In this document: positions 54,750 to 62,243 of the stretch, in pieces | Position numbering within the stretch: position 1 is the first letter of the stretch | Layout: the number at the start of each line of letters is the position of its first letter | Assembly (NCBI GenBank): GCA_964458605.1 | Contig: CAYWLS010000018.1 | Coordinates: forward strand, 2,886 to 66,885 | Direction: 5' to 3' | DNA from: an uncultured Hyphomicrobiales bacterium | GTDB lineage: Bacteria; Pseudomonadota; Alphaproteobacteria; Reyranellales; JAQSWP01 | Length of the DNA stretch: 64,000 bases | Notes under the pieces: model-generated | Told to the model about the DNA's origin: nothing | Seen by the model: only the letters and a program-made list of their open reading frames with translations | Database searches by the model: none | Program-made: the position numbers and the translations under genes

Positions 54750-56033
54750 ATGACTTTCCTCGGCCTGCTGCTGCTGCTGATCCTGCTGCTGTTCACCGGC
54801 ATTCCGGTATTCGCCGCCCTGGCGCTGTTCGGCGCCGGCACCCTGCTGGTCGCCGAAGGCGCCTTCGGCAGCCTGGGCGAAAACCTGTTCGGCAGCCTCA
54901 ATTCCTACCTGCTGGTGTCGATCCCGCTGTTCACCCTGATGGCCCAGTTCATGATCCGGGGCAAGGTGGTGGACGAACTCTACAACACCACCCACACCCT
55001 GGTGCGCCATCTGCCCGGCGGACTGGGCATCGCCACGGTCGGCGCCTGCACCATCTTCGCCGCCATTTCCGGTTCCTCGGTGGCCACCGCGCTGACCATC
55101 GGCGCCGCCGCCATCCCGCAGATGATCCGCTACGGCTACAGCCCCCGCTATGCCTTCGGCGTGGTCGGCGCCGGCGGCACGCTGGGCATCCTGATCCCGC
55201 CGTCCGGGCCGATGATCCTCTACGGCGTGATCTCCGACACCTCGATCGGCCAGCTGTTCATCGCCGGCGTGATCCCCGGCCTGATGATGGCGGCGATCTT
55301 CGCCGGCTGGGCCAGCGTCACGGCGTGGCGCACGCATCAGGGCCGGCGCGAGAAGCGCGCATCGCTGCGCGAGATCGGCGTGGCGTTGCGCCGGTCGTTC
55401 TGGGCGCTGATGCTGCCGCCTTTCATCCTGGGCGGCATGTATTTCGGCGTGTTCACCGCCACCGAAGCGGCCGGCGCCGGCGCGCTGGCGGCGTTGCTGA
55501 TCGCTGCCTTCGTCTATCGCAACCTGACCTGGCGCGACGTGTGGGATTCGGCGCGCGATGCCGCCCGCACCTCGGCCATGCTGTTCATGATCCTGGCGGC
55601 CGCCGGCGTATTCGGCCATGCCCTGACCAAGCTTCAGATCCCCGACGAGATCGTCGCCGCGGTCACCCATTACGACGTCTCGCAGACCGGCTTCCTGCTG
55701 GCCATGATGGTGCTGATCTTCATCCTGGGCATGTTCCTGGAGACCATCTCCATCATCCTCATCACCACGCCGGTGGTGTTGCCGGTACTGCATACGCTGC
55801 ACATCAATCCGGTGTGGTATGGCGTGCTGCTGACCATCAATCTGGAGCTGGCGCTGATCACGCCGCCGGTGGGCATGAACCTGTTCACCATCAAGGCGAT
55901 CAGCAAGGCGCCGATCGGCGAGATCATCCGCGGCATCGCGCCCTATGTCGGCCTGCTGATCGTCGGCCTGGGCATCGTCATGGCATGGCCCGACCTGTCC
56001 CTGTGGCTGGCGCGCAGCGCTTACGGACAATGA
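54750..56033 (+). CDS. dctM: TRAP transporter large permease
   Basis: 427 aa polytopic. DctM-type repeats (IFAAISGSSVAT..., NLELALITPPVGMNLF). Confidence 0.9.
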   Translation: MTFLGLLLLLILLLFTGIPVFAALALFGAGTLLVAEGAFGSLGENLFGSLNSYLLVSIPLFTLMAQFMIRGKVVDELYNTTHTLVRHLPGGLGIATVGACTIFAAISGSSVATALTIGAAAIPQMIRYGYSPRYAFGVVGAGGTLGILIPPSGPMILYGVISDTSIGQLFIAGVIPGLMMAAIFAGWASVTAWRTHQGRREKRASLREIGVALRRSFWALMLPPFILGGMYFGVFTATEAAGAGALAALLIAAFVYRNLTWRDVWDSARDAARTSAMLFMILAAAGVFGHALTKLQIPDEIVAAVTHYDVSQTGFLLAMMVLIFILGMFLETISIILITTPVVLPVLHTLHINPVWYGVLLTINLELALITPPVGMNLFTIKAISKAPIGEIIRGIAPYVGLLIVGLGIVMAWPDLSLWLARSAYGQ

Positions 56034-56887
56034 GCCGGCAGAGCTGGCGCCAGGCGCTGACTGTCCAGACGCCGCTGGTCCTGCCGGTGGCCGATGACGG
56101 CCTGAGCGCCCAGCTCATCGCCCGCGCCGGCTTCAAGGCCTATTCGGTGGGCGGTTTCGCGCTGGTCGGCGCGCGCTTCGGCGTGCCCGATATCGGGCTG
56201 GTCGGCCTGGCCGAGATGGCCCAGGGCATCCGCGAGATCATGGCCGTCTGCGACCTGCCGGTACTGGTCGATTGCGACGACGGCTACGGCGACGTCAAGA
56301 ACGTCACCCGCACCATTCGCACCTACGAGCGGATGGGCGTGTCGGCGATCTTCATGGAAGACCAGGTGGCGCCCAAGCGCTGCGGCCACATGGCCGGCAA
56401 GGACGTTATCCCGGCCGAATTCATGGAGAGCAAGATCCGCGCCGCCGCTGCCGCCCGCGACAGCAAGGAATTCTTCCTGGTGGCGCGCACCGATGCGCGC
56501 GCCGTGCATGGGCTGGACGAGGCGTTGCGCCGCGGCGAGCGCTATCTGGCAGCCGGCGCCGACGGGCTGTTCATCGAAGCGCCGCACACCGTCGAGGAAC
56601 TGCGCATCGTCGGCGAGCGCTTCAGGGGCGTGCCGCAGCTTGCCAACATGGTCGAAGGCGGGCGCACGCCGCTGCTGCCGGTCGAGGAACTGCACGCCAT
56701 GGGCTTCGCCATGGTGGTCTATCCCTGCTCGCTGATCTTTCGCGTCGCCCACACCATCGAGCGCGCGCTGGCCGACATCCAGGCCGGCACCCTCGATCTG
56801 GAAAATCAGGGGCTGGGATTCGATGCGTTCAAGGAACGCGTCGGCTTCGCCGAATGGGGCGCGGTGGAAGACAAGTTCCGGCGCTGA
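56030..56887 (+). CDS. isocitrate lyase/PEP mutase family protein
   Basis: ATG 56030 overlaps the dctM TGA. DCDDGYG, FMEDQVAPKRCGHMAGK and ARTDA motifs of the ICL/PEPM superfamily. Confidence 0.85.
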   Translation: MSRQSWRQALTVQTPLVLPVADDGLSAQLIARAGFKAYSVGGFALVGARFGVPDIGLVGLAEMAQGIREIMAVCDLPVLVDCDDGYGDVKNVTRTIRTYERMGVSAIFMEDQVAPKRCGHMAGKDVIPAEFMESKIRAAAAARDSKEFFLVARTDARAVHGLDEALRRGERYLAAGADGLFIEAPHTVEELRIVGERFRGVPQLANMVEGGRTPLLPVEELHAMGFAMVVYPCSLIFRVAHTIERALADIQAGTLDLENQGLGFDAFKERVGFAEWGAVEDKFRR

Positions 56888-56952
56888 GCGCCAACAGATC
56901 CGCTATCGCTTTGAACAATGAGGCGGCGGCGGGGCGCGCCGGGCGGCGGATG

Positions 56953-57585
56953 CTAGCGAACCGCGGCCTGCAGCAGGCACAGCAGCGCGCGCCGCTGCGT
57001 CTGGTAGGCAAGCTGACGGGACAGCCCCATCTGCTGGCGCAATACGTCCATGAATTCGAAGTCGGCGATCACCACCATGGCGTCGAGCGTTTCGGCTCTC
57101 GCCTCGCGCGGCAGCTGGTTGACCTCGACGCCGAAGGCGCGCTCGAGCAGGCGATGCAGCACCTCGCGGAACTGCTTGCGCCGCTGCGCCAGGGCCGGCG
57201 AGCGATGCTCCAGCAGGGTGGCGGCGCGGCGGATGGCGGCGATCTGGTCGTAGATGTTCCAGCGCATGTCGAGCAGCGCCTCGATGCGCTGCTCCACCGG
57301 GCCGGTCTCCGGCACCGGGCGGACCAGCGACCACACGCGCTGCATGGTCTGGTCGGCGGCGGCCTGGAACACGGCCTCCAGATCGGCGAAGTGCTGGAAC
57401 ACCGATCGCACCGAGACGCCGGCGCGGGCTGCGATGGCCGCGGCGGTGGGCTCGAGATCGCCCTCTTCGATCAACGCGATCATGGCGGTGACGATGCGAC
57501 GGCGCGTATTGTCGGCGCGCGCGGTCCGGCCGTCGACCGGCTTGACCGGCTGCACTGAATTCGTTGCTTTGACTTGCATCGCCAT
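56953..57585 (-). CDS. TetR/AcrR family transcriptional regulator
   Basis: 210 aa. HTH PTAAAIAARAGVSVRSVFQHF. Divergent from the HAD gene. Confidence 0.85.
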   Translation of the reverse strand: MAMQVKATNSVQPVKPVDGRTARADNTRRRIVTAMIALIEEGDLEPTAAAIAARAGVSVRSVFQHFADLEAVFQAAADQTMQRVWSLVRPVPETGPVEQRIEALLDMRWNIYDQIAAIRRAATLLEHRSPALAQRRKQFREVLHRLLERAFGVEVNQLPREARAETLDAMVVIADFEFMDVLRQQMGLSRQLAYQTQRRALLCLLQAAVR

Positions 57586-57685
57586 CCTTTTGCACGCTAA
57601 CGGAGAGAATACCTCCTCGGCAAGCGCTGTGATGGATAGGTATCAGTCTTTATTGGCAACTTATAGGTAATACGGAGGCATTAGG

Positions 57686-58330
57686 ATGGCGGTCAAGGCG
57701 GTGCTGTGGGATTTCGGCGGGGTGGTGCTGTCGAGCCCGTTCGAGGCATTCAACGCTTATGAAGCCGAGATCGGCCTGCCCCTCGATTCCATTCGCAAAA
57801 TCAATGCCCTGAACCCCGACAACAATGCCTGGGCGCGGATGGAGCGGGCCGAGATCGGGCTGGAGGAATTCGCCCGGCTGTTCGAGGCCGAGGCCGCGTC
57901 CCATGGCCACAGCCTATCGGGCCAGCGCATCCTTGGGCTGCTGTCCGGCGAGGTGCGGCCGGAGATGGTCGAGGCACTGCGCCGGGTCAAAAGCCGCTAC
58001 CGCATCGCCTGCATCACCAACAACATGCCGCTGGGCCAAGGCCCCGGCATGATGCGCACGCCGGACAAGGCGCGGCAGGTGGCCGAGATCATGGCGCTGT
58101 TCGAGCATGTCGTGGAGTCGAGCAAGCTCGGCATGCGCAAGCCCGATCCGCGCATCTACCGGCATGCCTGCCGTCTGCTGGACGTCGAGCCAGAAGACTG
58201 CGTCTATCTCGACGATCTGGGAGTCAATCTGAAGCCGGCCAAGGCCATGGGCATGCAGACCATCAAGGTGCAGAGCGCGGCCCAGGCGCTGGGCGAACTC
58301 GAGCGCATCATCGACATGCCCCTGCGCTGA
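57686..58330 (+). CDS. HAD-IA family hydrolase (epoxide-hydrolase N-terminal phosphatase-like)
   Basis: 214 aa. VLWDFGGVV (DxG motif I), ITNN, KPDPRIY and YLDDLGVN. Confidence 0.85.
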   Translation: MAVKAVLWDFGGVVLSSPFEAFNAYEAEIGLPLDSIRKINALNPDNNAWARMERAEIGLEEFARLFEAEAASHGHSLSGQRILGLLSGEVRPEMVEALRRVKSRYRIACITNNMPLGQGPGMMRTPDKARQVAEIMALFEHVVESSKLGMRKPDPRIYRHACRLLDVEPEDCVYLDDLGVNLKPAKAMGMQTIKVQSAAQALGELERIIDMPLR

Positions 58331-58412
58331 TCCGCAGGGCGAGGCGAGGCGGATTGCCCCTGTCCGCTCCGCGCGGCACTATGAACGGCCATTCACCAGA
58401 CGATCCGAGGCG

Positions 58413-59963
58413 ATGATGTCCTGGCAACCGGAAATCGACGAGCTGCGCCGCCGCGAGGCCATGGCCAAGAAGATGGGCGGCCCGGAGAAGGTCAAGCGCC
58501 AGCACGACGGCGGCAAGCTGACCGTGCGCGAGCGCATCGACCGGCTGCTCGATCCGGGCTCGTTCCACGAGATCGGCGCCATCGCCGGTAAAGCCGAATA
58601 CGGTCCCGACGGCGAGCTCAAGGATTTCATGGCGTCCAACTTCGTGTGCGGCCGCGGACGCATCCGCAACCGGCCGGTCGCGGTGGGCGGCGACGACTTC
58701 ACGGTGCGCGGCGGCGCCGCCGACGCCTCGATCTGGGAGAAGCAGGAAATCTCCGAGCAGATGGCGGGCGATCTGCGCATCCCGATCGTGCGCCTGATCG
58801 ACGGCACCGGCGGCGGCGGCTCGGTCAAGACCTACGAGATGACCGGCCGCACCTATGTGCCGCGCAATCCGGCCTGGGAGTTCGTGGTGCGCAACCTCTC
58901 TTTGGTGCCCTGCGTGTCGCTGGGCCTGGGCTCGGTGGCAGGGCTGGGCGCGGCGCGGCTGGTGACCAGCCACTATTCGCTGATGGTCAAGGGCATCTCG
59001 CAGATGTTCGCCGCCGGCCCGCCGGTGGTGGCGCGGCTGGGCCAGCCGGTGACCAAGGAGGAACTGGGCGGCACCCAGATCCACGCCCGCAACGGCACGG
59101 TCGACGACGAGGTGGCGAGCGAGGAAGAAGCCTTCGAGCGCACGCGCCAGTTTCTGTCCTACCTGCCCTCCTCGATCTACGACACCCCGCCGCGCGGGCC
59201 TGTCACGGACGATCCCAATCGGCGCGAAGAAAAGCTGCTGTCCCTGGTGCCGCGCGAGCGGCGCAAGGTCTACAAGATGCGCGAGATCATCGCGTTGACC
59301 ATGGACCAGGGCAGCTTCTTCGAGATCGGCAAGCTCTATGGCCGCTCGGTGGTCACCGGCCTGGCAAGGCTCGACGGCTGGCCGGTGGCGGTGATGGGCG
59401 GCGATCCGTTCCATTACGGCGCGGCCTGGACGGCGGAAACCGCGCACAAGGTGACGCGCTTCGTCGACATGGCCGAGACCTTCCACCTGCCGGTGGTGCA
59501 TTTCGTCGATTGCCCCGGCTTCGTGATCGGCGTCGAGGCCGAGACCGCCGCCACCATCCGCCACGGCGCCCGCGCCATGGCCGCGGTCTACCAGGCCACC
59601 GCGCCGTGGTGCTCGATCATCGTGCGCAAGGTGTTCGGCGTGGCCGGCGCGGCACACCAGAACTGGAACAAGTACAATTTCCGCTACGCCTGGCCGTCGG
59701 CCGACTGGGGCTCGCTGCCGCTGGAAGGCGGCATCGAGGCGGCCTACAAATCCGATCTCGCCGCATCGGCCGATCCGCAGGCGCTGCTGAAGGACATCGA
59801 GGGACGGCTGAATAAGGTGCGCTCCCCGTTCCGCACCGCCGACACGTTCGGCGTCGAGGAGATCATCGATCCGCGCGACACCCGCCGCCTGCTGTGCGAC
59901 TTCGCCAACCTGGCGGCGCCGCTGCGCACGCCGGGCCCAAGGGCCACGGGGTTCAGGCCGTAG
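58413..59963 (+). CDS. acyl-CoA carboxylase carboxyltransferase (beta) subunit family protein
   Basis: 516 aa. KLTVRERIDRLLDPGSF, GGDDFTVRGGA and two crotonase-like CT halves. Confidence 0.85.
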   Translation: MMSWQPEIDELRRREAMAKKMGGPEKVKRQHDGGKLTVRERIDRLLDPGSFHEIGAIAGKAEYGPDGELKDFMASNFVCGRGRIRNRPVAVGGDDFTVRGGAADASIWEKQEISEQMAGDLRIPIVRLIDGTGGGGSVKTYEMTGRTYVPRNPAWEFVVRNLSLVPCVSLGLGSVAGLGAARLVTSHYSLMVKGISQMFAAGPPVVARLGQPVTKEELGGTQIHARNGTVDDEVASEEEAFERTRQFLSYLPSSIYDTPPRGPVTDDPNRREEKLLSLVPRERRKVYKMREIIALTMDQGSFFEIGKLYGRSVVTGLARLDGWPVAVMGGDPFHYGAAWTAETAHKVTRFVDMAETFHLPVVHFVDCPGFVIGVEAETAATIRHGARAMAAVYQATAPWCSIIVRKVFGVAGAAHQNWNKYNFRYAWPSADWGSLPLEGGIEAAYKSDLAASADPQALLKDIEGRLNKVRSPFRTADTFGVEEIIDPRDTRRLLCDFANLAAPLRTPGPRATGFRP

Positions 59964-59978
59964 TTGCTTCACTCGTCA

Positions 59979-60028
59979 CCCCGGCCAAGCGCTCATTGCG
60001 ATGAGCGCGCGAGCCGGGGGCCGTTTTC
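59979..60028 (+). terminator. hairpin plus short T-run after the carboxyltransferase gene
   Basis: CCCCGGC(caa)GCGCTCAT-TGCG-ATGAGCGC(gcga)GCCGGGG followed by GCCGTTTTCC. Part of a larger inverted-repeat element at 59974-60127. Confidence 0.45.
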
Positions 60029-60131
60029 CATCACATGACGGCCGTCGTTTGGATCGACATAGGCCTCGCCCGTGTTCGTTACGCGCAGCCGCCACACCAA
60101 CCCTGCGCGTGCTCGCCCGGGGTGACGGGCT

Positions 60132-60935
60132 TTAGCTCTTCATCTTGTAGCCCGAGCGCAGCAGCAGATAGACCAGGGTGGCCAGGAAGGCGTCCATCGC
60201 CAGCAGCACGGCGACGCCGGTCAGCGGATCGCCGTCGCTGTGGCCGGTCATGCCGTAGCGGAACGCATCGATCATGTAGAAGAACGGATTCCACAGCGCG
60301 ATCGCCTGGAAGGTCGGCGGCAGGTTGTGCACCGAATAGAAGGTGCCCGACAGGAAGGCCAGCGGCGAGACGACGAAGTTGGTCACCGAGCCGATATGGT
60401 CGAACTTGTCGGAGACGATGCCGGCGATCACGCCGAACAGGGACAGCATCATCGAGCCGAACACCGCGGCGAACAGGATCGAGGCGGGATGCGCCGCGTG
60501 CAGCGGCACGAACAGCGCCATGCCGATCGCCACCGCCAGCCCGCAGGTCAGGCCGCGCGCGATGCCACCGGCGGTATAGCCCACCGCCAGCTCGACCGCG
60601 CCCAGCGGCGGCATCAGCACGTCGACGATGTTGCCCTGCACCTTCGATACCAGGATCGAGAACGAGGAATTGGCGAAGGCGTTCTGCGCCATCGACATCA
60701 CGATCAGGCCGGGCACCAGGAAGTCGATGAACGGCAGCGAGCCGACCATGCGCGTGCCGCCGCCCCCATTGTTTCCACCGAGCGCCAGCTCGAACACCGC
60801 CAGGAACAGCAGGCTGCCGATCGCCGGTCCCAGGATGGTCTGGGTCCAGCTGTCGAAGAAGCGCAGCGTCTCCTTGTAGCAAAGCGTGCCCAGGCCGCGC
60901 CAGTTGACGCCGTCGTAAGTGCGGGGAATGTCCAT
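60132..60935 (-). CDS. ABC-2 type transporter permease (YadH/NodJ-like), no adjacent ATPase
   Basis: ORF trimmed to ATG 60935 (267 aa). 6 TM segments. ABC-2 signature region FLSGTFYSVHNLPPTFQAIALWNPFFYMIDAFRY. Confidence 0.8.
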   Translation of the reverse strand: MDIPRTYDGVNWRGLGTLCYKETLRFFDSWTQTILGPAIGSLLFLAVFELALGGNNGGGGTRMVGSLPFIDFLVPGLIVMSMAQNAFANSSFSILVSKVQGNIVDVLMPPLGAVELAVGYTAGGIARGLTCGLAVAIGMALFVPLHAAHPASILFAAVFGSMMLSLFGVIAGIVSDKFDHIGSVTNFVVSPLAFLSGTFYSVHNLPPTFQAIALWNPFFYMIDAFRYGMTGHSDGDPLTGVAVLLAMDAFLATLVYLLLRSGYKMKS

Positions 60936-60977
60936 GCGCGTGTTCCTTTCCGGGGCCGGACCATACTCCGCCTGACG

Positions 60978-61046
60978 GCGCAGACAAGCCGCGCGTGGCC
61001 GATGGCGCGGACAAGCCGCGCGATCGATGGCGCGGACAAGCCGCGC
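60978..61046. repeat. three tandem 17-bp palindromes GCGC(G/A)G-ACAAG-CCGCGC spaced 27 and 25 bp
   Basis: Palindromes at 60978-60994, 61005-61021 and 61030-61046, within the divergent region between the ABC-2 permease and recX. Confidence 0.85.
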
Positions 61047-61062
61047 ATGCCATGCTGCCGCC

Positions 61063-61641
61063 ATGCCGCAAGACAAGTCCCGCCGCATCGCCAAGGCGCC
61101 GCGACTGACCGCCGCCAGCCTGGAAAACGCGGCGGTGCATTACCTGGAGCGCTTTTCGGCCTCGACCCACAATCTGCGCCGCGTCCTGAACAACCGCGTG
61201 CTGCGCGCGCAGCGGCGCGGCGGCGCGGTGCCGCCCGATATCGACGCCACCATCGAGGCGGTGATCGCCAAGCTGGTGCGGCTGAAGCTGGTCGACGACA
61301 CAGCCTTCGCCGCCCAGCGCAGCCTGTCCTTGCGCCGCCGCGGCGGCTCGACGCGGCAGATCCGCGGCAAGCTCCGCATGGCCGGCATCGACGCCGAGGG
61401 GATCGACCAGGCGGTCGAGACCGCCGACGCCGAGTTTGCCGATGGCGGCAACGGCGCGGGCGAATTGCGCGCGGCGTTGCGACTGGCGGAGCGGCGACGG
61501 CTTGGACCCTATCGACTGAAGCAGCGACAGGAATACCGCGAACGCGATCTGGCCGCCCTGGCGCGGGCCGGCTTCTCCCTGGACACGGCCAGGCGCGTGA
61601 TCGAAGCAACCTCGCCGGACGCGCTGCTGGAAGACGACTGA
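61063..61641 (+). CDS. recX: recombination regulator RecX
   Basis: ORF 61027..61641, ATG 61063 preferred. LENAAVHYLERFSAS..., LVDDTAFAAQRSLSLRRRGGSTRQIRGKL three-repeat RecX pattern. Confidence 0.8.
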   Translation: MPQDKSRRIAKAPRLTAASLENAAVHYLERFSASTHNLRRVLNNRVLRAQRRGGAVPPDIDATIEAVIAKLVRLKLVDDTAFAAQRSLSLRRRGGSTRQIRGKLRMAGIDAEGIDQAVETADAEFADGGNGAGELRAALRLAERRRLGPYRLKQRQEYRERDLAALARAGFSLDTARRVIEATSPDALLEDD

Positions 61642-61761
61642 TCCGGGACCGGCATACCGTCGCGCCCGCCGGATCACCGCCTGATCGAAAATTCTTGCGG
61701 CCCATCGCCAAAACCCAGGCCCTGCCAGGCATGTCCCTGCTTTGCAGCAGAGGAGCAGGCC

Positions 61762-62243
61762 ATGACCGCACCGCAGGATCTCGAGACCAAATTCTGCAAG
61801 GCACTGCAGTCGGACACGATCATGATGCTGGCTCTGGTCGGTGTCGGCGACGGCCATACCTGCCCGATGACCGCGCAACTCGACGGCGAGCAAGGACCTG
61901 GTTCTTCGCCGCCCAGGACAACAACCTGGTGCGCAATCTGGGCCAGTCGCAACGCGCGGTGGCGACCTTCGTCGACAAGGGACACAACGTGTTCGCCAAC
62001 GTGCAGGGCAGTTTGAGCCTGGACAACGACCGCGCCACCATCGACCGGCTGCGGAACCGCTTCGTCGCCGCCTGGTACGAGCAGGGCAAGGACCACCCCA
62101 AGCCGGCGCTGCTGCGCTTCGACACCGAATCGGCCGAGATCTGGGCCGACGCCTCGAGCCTGCTGGCCGGCATCAAGATTCTGCTCAGCGTCGATCCCAA
62201 GCGCGACTGCAAGGACAAGGTCGCCAAGGCGGCGCTGCGCTAG
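61762..62243 (+). pseudogene. pyridoxamine 5'-phosphate oxidase family (general stress protein 26-like) gene with a 1-nt frameshift
   Basis: The N-terminal 46 codons (MTAPQDLETKFCKALQSDTIMMLALVGVGDGHTCPMTAQLDGEQGP) are in frame 61762. The rest (WFFAAQDNNLV...DKVAKAALR) is in the -1 frame ending at 62243. The junction is at GGACC|TGG, about 61896-61899. Confidence 0.75.

Noticed and set aside
56895-56912. GATCCGCTATCGC after the PEP-mutase-family gene, as a possible relic of the TAGAGC repeat tail.
   Set aside because: Only about 10 nt resemble the tail, and there is no partner arm or head.
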